NCBI GenBank assembly: GCA_032128375.1
Contig: JAQBGU010000217.1
Coordinates: 1 to 37,141, forward strand
Length of the DNA: 37,141 nt
Direction: 5' to 3'
DNA from: Deltaproteobacteria bacterium
Lineage (GTDB): Bacteria > Myxococcota_A > UBA9160 > SMWR01
The translations under genes and the position numbers were made by a program. Shown one piece after another: positions 18,640-28,087 of the stretch. Each line of letters opens with the position of its first letter. Position 1 is the stretch's first letter. The notes under the pieces are model-generated. The model ran no database searches. It saw only the letters and a program-made list of their open reading frames with translations, and was not told the DNA's origin.

Positions 18640-19269
18640 ATGGACTTTGCACGCTTCAAGGCCAGACCCCTATTGGGGATCGTTCGGGGAGTCGAGCCCG
18701 CACAGCTCGAACCCCTGCTCGAAAGTGCGATCAAAGGGGGGCTCGAGACACTCGAAATCACCATGAATACCGCGCATGCGCCGGAACTGATCGCGCGCGC
18801 GTGCGAGATCGCTGCGGGGGAACTCACCATCGGCGCGGGAACGGTCCTCGACCTCGACGACCTGAAGTCAGCAACCGATGCGGGCGCTAGTTTCATCGTG
18901 TCGCCCACACTGATTCCGGAAGTCGTCGCGGCGTGTATCGACGCCCGAATCGCGGTATTTCCAGGCGCGTTGACTCCGCAGGAAATTCACGACGCCTGGC
19001 GGGCGGGTGCAAGCATGGTGAAGGTCTTCCCTGCCGGATTCTTCGGGCCGAGCTACTTCCGCGAAATCAAGGGTCCCTTCGCAAACATCGAACTGCTCGC
19101 GTGCGGCGGTGTATCTGCCAGCACCCTTCTCGAATTTGCACGCTGCGGTGCAGACGCATTTGCATTCGGTGGCAGTGTCTTCAATCTGGACTGGATCCGA
19201 GCCGGACACTACGACCGGATCGAAGCCGCGATCCGCGAACTCGTCGCCGCGCTGCCGTCCGACGACTAG
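18640..19269 (+). CDS. eda: KDPG/KHG aldolase
   Basis: LEITMN, IGAGTV, GASFIVSP, PGALTPQEI, VKVFPA (Schiff-base Lys), KGPF, CGGV. Confidence 0.92.
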   Translation: MDFARFKARPLLGIVRGVEPAQLEPLLESAIKGGLETLEITMNTAHAPELIARACEIAAGELTIGAGTVLDLDDLKSATDAGASFIVSPTLIPEVVAACIDARIAVFPGALTPQEIHDAWRAGASMVKVFPAGFFGPSYFREIKGPFANIELLACGGVSASTLLEFARCGADAFAFGGSVFNLDWIRAGHYDRIEAAIRELVAALPSDD

Positions 19270-19272
19270 CAG

Positions 19273-19293
19273 CCCGACCCAAGATGGGTCGGG
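19273..19293. terminator. Hairpin between convergent aldolase genes
   Basis: CCCGACCCA-AGA-TGGGTCGGG perfect 9-bp stem; no U-tract. Confidence 0.45.
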
Positions 19294-19326
19294 TGACGAC
19301 CGGGAAGAATTCGAAGAATTCGCCCC
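19290..19326 (-). repeat. Dispersed repeat copy A (partial)
   Basis: Minus strand GGGGCGAATTCTTCGAATTCTTCCCGGTCGTCACCCG matches the starts of copies B and C. Confidence 0.6.
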
Positions 19327-19343
19327 GAAGAACTCAACACAGG

Positions 19344-20312
19344 TTACAGGTCCGACACCAATTTGTCGTAGAACGACACGTACTCGTGCTTCGAGTCTTC
19401 GTCGAGCAACGCGATCGCCGAACGCGGGTGTTGATTGAGTTGACCGGTGATGTTGTACGGAACCAGTGCGCCCCATTCGTGCTTCTGGCGCAAATCGATG
19501 AAGAAATCCTGAAGCAGCTGGTAGATCGGACGAACGCGATATGCGGGGTTGCGCAAGAATCCGATCAACAGCTCCATCGGACAATTTCCCGCGCCACGGC
19601 CCATGCCCATCATCGTCGCGTCGACACGGTTCGCGCCGTGTACGATGGCTTCGATGGTGTTGGCAAACGCGAGCTGGCAGTTGTTGTGGGCGTGAATGCC
19701 GACTTCTTTGCCGGTGCCTTCGAGTGCCTTTCGGTAGCGCTTGACGAGGCGCTGAATCTGCTCGCCGTATAGCGAGCCGAAACTATCCACGACGACTACG
19801 GTGGTCGCGGGAGTCTCGCGCAGCACCTCGAGCGCTTGGTCGATTTCGTCGTCCTGCGTAATCGAGATCGCCATCAAGTTGCAGGTGGCCTCGTATCCCT
19901 TGTCGTGCGCATCGTTGATCATGTCGACGGCGACCGGAAGCTGGTGGGCGTAAGTCGCTACGCGGATGCAATCCAGCACACTTTCCGACTTCGGGAGGAT
20001 GTCCTGCTTGTAATCAGTCTTCTCGGCGTCGGCCATCGCAGTCAGCTTGAGCCCCGTGTCGTTGTCCCCAACGATCCGCCGCATGTCATCTTCGTCGCAG
20101 AACTTCCAATCGCCGAAATTGTTGCGTGTGAACAGTTTTTTCGATGCCTTGTAACCGAGCTCCATGTAATCCACACCGGCGGCCAGACAGGTGTCGTAGA
20201 CCGCCTTTACGAGTCCGTCATCGAACATGTGTTCGTTGATCAGGCCTCCGTCGCGAACGGTGCAATCCAGAACCTTGAGCTCCGGGCGGTAGGTGATCCA
20301 CGGTGCGGTCAT
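19344..20312 (-). CDS. DRE-TIM metallolyase, 4-hydroxy-2-oxovalerate aldolase-like (HMGL-like)
   Basis: LDCTVRDGG, VDSFGSL, GIHAHNN..LAFAN, GMGRGAGN; GGAGA RBS. Confidence 0.88.
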   Translation of the reverse strand: MTAPWITYRPELKVLDCTVRDGGLINEHMFDDGLVKAVYDTCLAAGVDYMELGYKASKKLFTRNNFGDWKFCDEDDMRRIVGDNDTGLKLTAMADAEKTDYKQDILPKSESVLDCIRVATYAHQLPVAVDMINDAHDKGYEATCNLMAISITQDDEIDQALEVLRETPATTVVVVDSFGSLYGEQIQRLVKRYRKALEGTGKEVGIHAHNNCQLAFANTIEAIVHGANRVDATMMGMGRGAGNCPMELLIGFLRNPAYRVRPIYQLLQDFFIDLRQKHEWGALVPYNITGQLNQHPRSAIALLDEDSKHEYVSFYDKLVSDL

Positions 20313-20555
20313 TTCTTCTTTCTCCTTGCGGGGCCGGCTAGACGGTCAGCAAGGCTGGCCGGGGGGCTGAACAGAGGTTTGGGGATGGTCCCTCCTGGAC
20401 CACAGAGCGCGTCATCATAGGCTGATCCGGGGCGCGCAGTCCACCCGCATTTCCGACCGGCAGGTAGCCAGCAGAGCGCGCGGGCAGATTGCGCGGTAAC
20501 TGCCCGAAGGGGTTCCGGGTAGCGACTGGCTGGCTGCTCTGCGAGTGTCCCTGTC

Positions 20556-21920
20556 GTGCGCCGTGAGTTCTCGATCGGGTATCGCCGCTACGCGCTCGGC
20601 CTGCTGTTCGTCGTCTACGTATTCAACTTCGTCGACCGCCAGATCCTGTCGATTCTGCTCGAGCCCATCAGGCAGGACATCGAGCTGAACGACACCCAGC
20701 TGGGTTTCTTGGGCGGAATCGCGTTCGCGCTGTTCTACGCGACCGCCGGTGTCCCGATCGCCCGCTGGGCCGACACGGGCTCGAGGCGGACCATTATCGC
20801 GCTCGGCATCGCAGTCTGGAGTGGCATGACCGCACTGACGGGATTGGCGCGCGGGTTCGGAACGTTGGCGCTCGCACGCATCGGAGTCGGTGTCGGAGAG
20901 GCCGCTTGCTCGCCTCCAGCCCACTCATTGATCTCGGACTTCTTCCCTCCAGAACGTCGCGGGACCGCGCTGTCCATCTATTCGCTGGGAATTCCGGTCG
21001 GCGCGGCGATCGGAACGTTGCTCGGTGGCTGGGTGGGCGAGGCGTTCGGTTGGCGAGTGGCCTTCATGGTGGTCGGGCTACCCGGATTGGCGCTGGCGCT
21101 ACTCGTGCGTCTTACCCTACACGACCCGCCGCGCGGGATGTCCGACCGCGAAGCGCTGCTCGAAGATCGCGTAGATCGCGCTGGTAAGGAAACTGAACTT
21201 CGAGAGCAAAACTCGGCCGACGCCGAGAACTGGCGCGAAGTGCTCGCGTTCATGATCCGCCTCCGCTCGTTTCGGCACCTGGCGATGGCGGGGTCGCTAC
21301 ACGCATTCGTGGGCTACGGAGCTGGGTTGTTCAATCCGGCGTACTTCATACGGACCCACGGCCTGGGATTGGCCGAGATCAGCACCTGGTTCTTCTTCAT
21401 CGGTTTGACCGGCGCGGTTGGGACCTTCCTCGGTGGCTTTCTCGGCGACCGATTCGGTGGCAGCGACGCCCGCTGGTACATGTGGATTCCCGCGGTCGGG
21501 ACCTTCGTGGGGATCCCGCTATCGGCTTGTTTGTATTTGTGGCCCGTTCCCGAACAGGCGCTGATGTTCGCGTTTCCGGCTGCGATCGTGGGTCCGATGT
21601 ATCTCGGTCCGACATTCGCGATCACGCAGGGCCTGGTCAAAGTCGGAATGCGGGCGATGGCATCGGCGATCCTGCTGTTCATCCTGAACATGATCGGCCT
21701 CGGCCTGGGTCCTTGGTTCGTCGGCATGTTGAGCGATGCGCTGGTGCCCGCGTACGGCGTCAACTCGCTGGGTACCTCGCTGTTGTGGGTCGTCGTCATC
21801 GGAAACGTATGGTCTACGCTCCACTACCTGCTGGCAGCGCGCACACTGCGAGACGACCTCGGGGCGAAACAGCGCTGGGGCGAATTCTCGAATTCTGCAG
21901 CGTCGTCGCCCGCAAGATAG
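20556..21920 (+). CDS. MFS transporter (spinster-like)
   Basis: FNFVDRQILSILLEPI, ARWAD..SRR, RIGVGVGEA..PPAHSLISDFFP..RRG; about 12 TM. Confidence 0.93.
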   Translation: MRREFSIGYRRYALGLLFVVYVFNFVDRQILSILLEPIRQDIELNDTQLGFLGGIAFALFYATAGVPIARWADTGSRRTIIALGIAVWSGMTALTGLARGFGTLALARIGVGVGEAACSPPAHSLISDFFPPERRGTALSIYSLGIPVGAAIGTLLGGWVGEAFGWRVAFMVVGLPGLALALLVRLTLHDPPRGMSDREALLEDRVDRAGKETELREQNSADAENWREVLAFMIRLRSFRHLAMAGSLHAFVGYGAGLFNPAYFIRTHGLGLAEISTWFFFIGLTGAVGTFLGGFLGDRFGGSDARWYMWIPAVGTFVGIPLSACLYLWPVPEQALMFAFPAAIVGPMYLGPTFAITQGLVKVGMRAMASAILLFILNMIGLGLGPWFVGMLSDALVPAYGVNSLGTSLLWVVVIGNVWSTLHYLLAARTLRDDLGAKQRWGEFSNSAASSPAR

Positions 21921-21948
21921 AGCTGGCGCTCTACCGCGCAGACTCCGA
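21875..21948 (+). repeat. Dispersed repeat copy B (overlaps MFS 3' end)
   Basis: CTGGGGCGAATTCTCGAATTCTGCAGCGTC…GCAAGATAGAGCTGGCGCTCTACCGCGCAGA aligns to 35178-35248. Confidence 0.7.
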
Positions 21949-21999
21949 GTTCGATCGGTTCGTATTCTCCGCGATCAGTGCAAGAGCACTCGCCCAGCC

Positions 22000-22785
22000 T
22001 CACTCGCAGGTAGCGACGAATAGCCCCCAGCTGTAGCTGAACCACAGCTCGTCGCCGTGTTCGCGAAGGTCTATTCCGGCGTCCGCGCCCGCACGGACGA
22101 GTTCGCGCAACACCACCTCGAGTGCACCCATTCGCGTCGGGTCGGCGATGATCTGTGCCCAATCATCGAAACTGCGCGGTGTGACCCAGGTTTGCTCGCA
22201 GCTCAGTTCGAATCCCGCCACGGTGATCGAGTCGATCAATTGGCTTGCGGATGAAAACGAGGTGTGGGAGGGATCGCGAAGTCTCTCGATGGCATTGTGC
22301 AGCTGTGCGGACTGCCGGTCTTCGGTAGTCAGAATATCGAGTACCACCAGGCGACCACCCGGCCGCAGCAAACGTCGCACTTCCTCGAGCACCTGCGCGG
22401 GCTTTTCGAAATGATGGAGCGCCAGCCGCAGCACTGCGGCGTCGAACGAGCCCGATCGCAGCGGTGTTCGCTCCGCCACGCCGCGCAGCCAGAAGCCGTT
22501 CGAGATGCCTTCGGCACGGCAGTGATCGCGAGCGAGGAGCAGTGGCTTGCGGGTGAAGTCGATTCCGACCAGGCAGCGCGCTTTGGGCGCGAGAAGCGAA
22601 GCCAAGATCCCCGGGCCACACGCCACGTCGAGCACTCGTTCGTACGGCTCGTCACCCAGTGCATCTGCGATGCGCGTAGTGATGGCGGCCGACTTCAACG
22701 TCTGTGAGCCCGCGAAGGCGTCTGCCTGGCGTGTGAACTCGCTTTCGACGCTGTCGAGGTGCCTCGCTCGAGGTGGGCGGGTCAC
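22000..22785 (-). CDS. Class I SAM-dependent methyltransferase (UbiE-like)
   Basis: VLDVACGPG, FDAAVLRLALHHF, LRPGGRL, RDPSH; GTG overlaps the MOSC stop (GTGA). Confidence 0.9.
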   Translation of the reverse strand: MTRPPRARHLDSVESEFTRQADAFAGSQTLKSAAITTRIADALGDEPYERVLDVACGPGILASLLAPKARCLVGIDFTRKPLLLARDHCRAEGISNGFWLRGVAERTPLRSGSFDAAVLRLALHHFEKPAQVLEEVRRLLRPGGRLVVLDILTTEDRQSAQLHNAIERLRDPSHTSFSSASQLIDSITVAGFELSCEQTWVTPRSFDDWAQIIADPTRMGALEVVLRELVRAGADAGIDLREHGDELWFSYSWGLFVATCE

Positions 22786-23642
22786 GAGGCCGCGGCTTCG
22801 ACTACGACCGCATCGCCGACCGAAACCGTACCGGGCGTGTCGATTGTCGCGTACACACCGAGGTTTCCACCCGCTGCCTTCACCAGTGCCCGCATGATGC
22901 GAGGGTCCTTGGGCACGTCGTCGAATCCGACGGTCGTCATCACGCAACGTGGACACTCGATCGCAATCGTCAGGCGCGCTGCTCCGATGCGCAGCTGTTT
23001 TCCACACCAATCGAACTCAGGGACCGCAGAGTCTCCGGATGTTCCATCAATCAGCAGATTCGGCCGAAAGCGCCGCACGTCGAACCGCGAATCCTCCGAT
23101 TGCGCCTGCACGTGCGCGAGGCCCTTCTCGGTCATCAGCAAGACCGGATAGGCATCGAAGAATGTGCCGGGCGGCGAGCTGTATTGGAAAACCTCCGGCG
23201 GAAATTTCGAAAGATCCGGAAGTGGCTCGTCCTTCGTTCGGGCGAATATGCCCCGCAAATAGCCGTCGACGTCCGCAGGCAGTGACCCCTTCGCCTGATA
23301 GAAGTCGAGATCGTCGGCGGGTCTGAGTCCTTCGATCGAAACTTCGTGGCCTAACGCCTCCGAGAGACGGCTAGCGCATTCGGGCGCGTCTACCGCAACG
23401 CGCTCGCCGCCGGGCAACTCGATTTCAGCAGGCGCCGAATCCGTAGTCGGGTACCTCGAGGCGAAGCCCATCAGCGCCGGCAGCTTCTTGCCGCCAGCAA
23501 GCTCACCTGTCACCATATCGCGTATGCTCCACGCGCGATCGCCACGCATGCCACGCAGATCGAACTCGACTTTGCGGAGCTGCTCACCGGCCATGCTCTT
23601 CACCGGGTAGCGAAAGATCTGTTTCACGGTTCCCAACTGCAT
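22782..23642 (-). CDS. MOSC-domain protein (YcbX/mARC-like)
   Basis: RYPVKSM.GE, GDR.W, FFDAYP, RRFRPN, CPRCVM (Mo-ligand Cys), GVYA..PG.V.VGD. Confidence 0.93.
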   Translation of the reverse strand: MQLGTVKQIFRYPVKSMAGEQLRKVEFDLRGMRGDRAWSIRDMVTGELAGGKKLPALMGFASRYPTTDSAPAEIELPGGERVAVDAPECASRLSEALGHEVSIEGLRPADDLDFYQAKGSLPADVDGYLRGIFARTKDEPLPDLSKFPPEVFQYSSPPGTFFDAYPVLLMTEKGLAHVQAQSEDSRFDVRRFRPNLLIDGTSGDSAVPEFDWCGKQLRIGAARLTIAIECPRCVMTTVGFDDVPKDPRIMRALVKAAGGNLGVYATIDTPGTVSVGDAVVVEAAAS

Positions 23643-23728
23643 CGAAATCTCCGTTCTCGGCTCCCCGATCGATGGGAAAAGGCCCAGCGGGAGCCGATGA
23701 GTCTACCGGGTTCTGACCCGATGCCGCG

Positions 23729-25855
23729 CTAGCGCAACGGCGCCAGACGCAGGTTCACCGGGATCGCGCTCTGCCGGGCCATGCCCGAAATCGGGTCGAA
23801 ATCGGTTTCATTCGACACCAGACGGTTGGTCGACGAGCCGATTTCGCGTACCTCCTTGGGATCGATCGACGGGTCCCCCCATGCATGAGCCATCGAGATG
23901 ACACCCGACGGCACATCGTCTGCCGCCTGTGCGACACCGAGAATCGATGCGTGCGCCGAGCTGATCTCGAGAATTTCTCCGGACGTGACTCCGATTTCCT
24001 CGAGGTCGACGGGGTTGATGAACGCCGGATTCGTCGTGCCCTTGGCGCGGATCGCGTCGAGTTGTTGCCCACTCGAGTTGTATACGTGTCGCAGACGTCG
24101 GCTGATCAGGCGGTGACTGAAAGTCTCGACGGCGGACTCGCTTCGCACCTCCGCCAGTTCTGCGGTGATCCCTTCCGGCGCGAGCTGGACGCGCGCTTCA
24201 CAATCGGGGTCTGCCGGGCCGACGAACTCTTCGACGCCTTCGTAGATATGGCCGCCCTCGTGACGCTTGATCTGCTCGAGCGGGAATCGCTTGCGATGGG
24301 TAATGAGATCGATCACGTCGTCCTTGCTGGGACGCTGATCCATCGGCAGTGCTCCTCCAGCCAACGCAATTTGCGTTCCCATGCGGTGCGCCAACTCCCA
24401 ATACAGTTCCCACTCTTCGAGAACGTCAGCACCGTCGGGAGGTTCGACGACGGCAGCCGCATAATGGGTATAGGCAGCCTCGTACCACGTATCGCACAGC
24501 ACCGGAACGTCGGCGCGCTCGAGGGTCAATTTCGGGGCCAGCACGTAGTCGGCCATCTTGGAGGTGGCCGAAAGTCGGACATCTACGCACACCAGCAGCG
24601 AAAGTTCCTGCATCGCCCGCACGGTCTTCTGTTGATCGGGCCACGCGACCACCGGATTGCCGCCGATGCACATCAGCGCCTTCACTTGTCCTTCGCCGGG
24701 CTCGAGAATCTCGTCAGACAGTGCGGCTGTGGGCATTTCGCCGATCAACTGACCGAGACCGCGGACGCGCGAACGGGGGCCGTTGCCGAAGGCGGGCCAC
24801 GGCGCAGTCGCCTGTGCCTTGCGTTTGCGCTGCGGCGATAGCACACCCGGGTTGGGCAACCGATCGCCCGCGCGGTGCACACGGCCACAGACCATGTTGA
24901 GCGCAATCACGAGGTGCTCAGTCAGATTTCCGCGTGGCGACATATCGGGACCGGTCCCGGCGGTGGCGACACCCTTTCGCCCCGCCGCAAACATGCGCGC
25001 GGCGGAAACGATCTGTTCGATTGGCACCCGCGCCCGCTGCGACACGTAGTCGAGATCGAACTGGAAGACCGATTCGCGCAGCTCATCGAGCCCGTCGATC
25101 CAATCCGCGCAGAAGTCCTGGTCGTGAAGACCCTCTTCGAGAATCACCCGCAATAGGCCGGAGAGCAGTGTCGGGTCTTCTCCGGGGCGCACCTGCAGAT
25201 GAATGTCCGCGCGACGAGCCAGATCGGTCCGCCTCGGATCGATCGCGATCACCTTGAGCCCGCGCTTTTTCGCGTCGTTGAACTCGCGAACCGGGTTCCA
25301 CGGGGGGATGCCACCGAACGGCGTGTACTGCGAAACGATCGTGTTGCAGCCGATGATCATCACTACATCGGCAGCGTGGAAGCCGTGGCCGCCCGCGTGC
25401 CAGCCTCCTGCGCGCGACATAGCGACGAACTTCGCGGGTTGATCGATCGTCACACTCGAATAGAACGATTCGGAACCGATGCCTTGATGCCACGACTTGG
25501 CAACCGATAACGCGGCCGAGTTCTGGAACGCGTAGGTGCCGCAGTAGCTGGCGACCGCCCTCGGGCCGAACTCTTCGACGATCGCCGAGATGCGCTCCGC
25601 GATCTCATCGAGCGCTTGTCGGCTAGCGATCTCTTCGAAGCTCCCGTCCGGCTGGCGTTTGTGGGGTCGCAGCAACCGCATCGGGTGCGCGTGCAATTCG
25701 GGCAGCTGTCGGCCCTTGATGCACGTGTAGCCGCCATAGATCGGGTCGCTCGCGTCGCCGCGCACGGCTACCGCGCGACCGTCCTCGATGTCGACCTCGA
25801 GCGCGCAATAGTTGTGGCAGAACCGGCAATAGGACTTGCGGGTCTGAATCGCCAC
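23729..25855 (-). CDS. Molybdopterin-dependent oxidoreductase (DMSO reductase family, N-terminal 4Fe-4S)
   Basis: CRFCHNYC…CIKG, IDPRRT..A..AD, GGNP..AWP, C-terminal molydopterin-dinucleotide-binding region; GGAGG RBS. No Tat signal seen. Confidence 0.93.
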   Translation of the reverse strand: MAIQTRKSYCRFCHNYCALEVDIEDGRAVAVRGDASDPIYGGYTCIKGRQLPELHAHPMRLLRPHKRQPDGSFEEIASRQALDEIAERISAIVEEFGPRAVASYCGTYAFQNSAALSVAKSWHQGIGSESFYSSVTIDQPAKFVAMSRAGGWHAGGHGFHAADVVMIIGCNTIVSQYTPFGGIPPWNPVREFNDAKKRGLKVIAIDPRRTDLARRADIHLQVRPGEDPTLLSGLLRVILEEGLHDQDFCADWIDGLDELRESVFQFDLDYVSQRARVPIEQIVSAARMFAAGRKGVATAGTGPDMSPRGNLTEHLVIALNMVCGRVHRAGDRLPNPGVLSPQRKRKAQATAPWPAFGNGPRSRVRGLGQLIGEMPTAALSDEILEPGEGQVKALMCIGGNPVVAWPDQQKTVRAMQELSLLVCVDVRLSATSKMADYVLAPKLTLERADVPVLCDTWYEAAYTHYAAAVVEPPDGADVLEEWELYWELAHRMGTQIALAGGALPMDQRPSKDDVIDLITHRKRFPLEQIKRHEGGHIYEGVEEFVGPADPDCEARVQLAPEGITAELAEVRSESAVETFSHRLISRRLRHVYNSSGQQLDAIRAKGTTNPAFINPVDLEEIGVTSGEILEISSAHASILGVAQAADDVPSGVISMAHAWGDPSIDPKEVREIGSSTNRLVSNETDFDPISGMARQSAIPVNLRLAPLR

Positions 25856-25988
25856 CTCGACCTCCGACTCGGGATTTGATGGAGCATTCGATCGGCCATC
25901 GTTTTGCGATCCGATCGCGATACCACGGATTCTACGCTCGCAGCGTCTGAATGTGAACCGCGCCGGAACTCGGCGCTATTGTCGCGCA

Positions 25989-26639
25989 ATGATCCGGAAC
26001 ATTCTGTTCGATCTCGACGGCACACTGACGGATTCTGCAGATGGAATCACTCGCTGTATCGCAGGTGCGGTCGACGTTCTGGGCGAGTCCTGCCCCCCGC
26101 TCGAAGGTCTCATCCACTTCATCGGCACGCCTCTGCGCGACATCTTCGCGTCCGTTCTGGATACACCCGATCAAGCCCGGATCGACCAGGCCATCGCGTT
26201 GTACCGCGAACGCTTCGACAGCGTCGGATACGCCGAAAATCGCGTGTACGACGGCATCCGCGAGTCGCTGGCCGGGTTGCAAGAGCGCGGTTACAGCTTG
26301 TTCGTAGCGACCGCCAAGGGCCAGCGCGACGCCAACCGGGTCATCGATCACTTTGGTCTGGACATCCACTTCGGCGAGGTCTTCGGAGTTCACAGCGACG
26401 CCGAACGGCGCGACAAGGCCGCGCTGGTCAGACGAATCCTCAGCGACTGCAGGATCGACCCCGCGACCGCAGCCATGATCGGCGACCGCTCGACCGACAT
26501 GCGCGCAGCGCGCCACTGCTGTATCCGAGCGATCGGTGCCGGTTGGGGGTACGGCTCAGACGACGAGCTGTACACGGCCGGTGCCGACTCGATCGTCGCG
26601 AGCCCAGCCGAAGTGTTGGCGCAGTTCTCGCCCCTCTAG
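25989..26639 (+). CDS. HAD-family hydrolase (phosphoglycolate phosphatase/5'-nucleotidase-like)
   Basis: FDLDGTLTDS, VATAK, K, MIGDRSTD, WGYG. Confidence 0.92.
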   Translation: MIRNILFDLDGTLTDSADGITRCIAGAVDVLGESCPPLEGLIHFIGTPLRDIFASVLDTPDQARIDQAIALYRERFDSVGYAENRVYDGIRESLAGLQERGYSLFVATAKGQRDANRVIDHFGLDIHFGEVFGVHSDAERRDKAALVRRILSDCRIDPATAAMIGDRSTDMRAARHCCIRAIGAGWGYGSDDELYTAGADSIVASPAEVLAQFSPL

Positions 26640-26660
26640 CCTTCGCCGCTTTCGCACCCG

Positions 26661-27410
26661 CTACGCGACCTGACCGCCATCGATCGCAAACGAGGCGCCG
26701 TTCACGTAGCGCGCGTCCTCCGATGCGAGGTACGCGATCGCGGTCGCGATCTCCATCGGCTTTCCGACCCTTGGAACCAGCATCATGCGGGCCAGCAGCT
26801 CCGGGCGGCCGCCCTCGGGTGTCTTGAATGCGCGTGAAAGTGGCGTGTCGACGCCACCGGGACACACGCAGTTCACGCGCACATTGCGGTGGGCAAACTC
26901 GACCGCCATCGATTTCGTCATCTGAACCACGCCGCCTTTGGACGCGCAGTAGGCGGCCGCGTACGCGATCCCGACCAGCCCTGCCGTCGATGCGACGTTG
27001 ACGATATTGCCCTCGGTCTCCATCAGATGCGGCAGCGCTGCCCGACTCATATAGAACGTCCCGGAAAGGTTCACCCCGATCACCGCAGCCCACTGTTCGT
27101 TGGTCAACTCGGTCGCGTGGCCGTAGATCCCGACTCCCGCCACGTTGCACAGCACATCGAGCTTGCCGAACTCTTCGATCGCCGCAGCCACCGACTCGTC
27201 GCAAGCATCAGCCGAGCTGATATCGCAGGTCTTGCCGGAGGCGAGACCCCCCTGCTTGCGGATCGCGTCGATCGTTTCGGACAGACCGACCCCATTGACG
27301 TCCGAACAAAAGACGCTTGCGCGTTCGGACGCGAGCCTCTCCGCGGTCGCCCGGCCAATGCCGGATGCTGCGCCTGTCACCAGCGCGACCTTGTTTTCGA
27401 AACGGCTCAT
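26661..27410 (-). CDS. Short-chain dehydrogenase/reductase
   Basis: TGAASGIG, NVAG, YCASK, VNCVCPG, IDGG; GGAG RBS. Confidence 0.95.
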   Translation of the reverse strand: MSRFENKVALVTGAASGIGRATAERLASERASVFCSDVNGVGLSETIDAIRKQGGLASGKTCDISSADACDESVAAAIEEFGKLDVLCNVAGVGIYGHATELTNEQWAAVIGVNLSGTFYMSRAALPHLMETEGNIVNVASTAGLVGIAYAAAYCASKGGVVQMTKSMAVEFAHRNVRVNCVCPGGVDTPLSRAFKTPEGGRPELLARMMLVPRVGKPMEIATAIAYLASEDARYVNGASFAIDGGQVA

Positions 27411-27564
27411 GCGGACTCTCCTGTCGATGGCGATGGCGATGGCGACGACGGCGACTGAGCTTTGTCAATCTTGGGGGCGACTAGACGATCCAGTGAGCAT
27501 CAGCTTAGTCGAGGTTCGGCGCAAACCCTGAAGACCCCGTAGAATGGCCCGGGAGGTATCGACG

Positions 27565-28075
27565 TTGGCCGTAGCACTCGGTGTCCACATCGGGCAGCAA
27601 AACCTCGAGATCGGCGAACTGCGCGCAACCTGGCGTGCTTCGACGGGGCGCGATTCGATTGGATTTCGGTATGGGACCACTTCTACGAAGCGCCACCCGA
27701 AGGTGGAACGCCGCGTATGTTTCGTCCGTGGAGTTCGGAAGGCTGAGCGGTGTATTGGATATCTGGTGCGAAAAAGAGGGGCGCGACCCCGGCGAGATCC
27801 AACGCACCGTGAACTTGAGCTTTGCGATGGGTGCCGACGCAGCCAGCGCGCAACGCGAGGAGGCGATGCTGCGCGAGAAGTGGGGCCCGGCTGCGGGCCG
27901 GATCCTCGAAGGTTCACTGCTCGGAACTCCCGACCGTGCCGCAGAGACGGTCGCCCGCTACATCGACGAGGGCGCTGCAGCAGTCAACATCGCACTGCGC
28001 GCTCCATGGGATACGGAAGCCCTTACAGCCTACATCGAGCAGGTAGTGCCGCAGATCCGGGCGGGTACGCGGTAG
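27565..28075 (+). pseudogene. LLM-class (luciferase-like, F420/flavin-dependent) oxidoreductase pseudogene
   Basis: Three frames stitch into LGVHIGQQN..ELRATWR / FDWISVWDHFYEAPPEGGT / WNAAYVS…GRDPGEIQRTVN…GTPD..AET..YIDEGA. Frameshift at about 27637 and a large deletion at about 27702-27710; GGAGG RBS before TTG 27565. Confidence 0.8.
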
Positions 28076-28087
28076 TCGATTGCGCTT

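Noticed and set aside
27426..27454. GATGGC x3 / GACGGC microsatellite upstream of an SDR gene
   Set aside because: Too short and degenerate to argue for phase variation.
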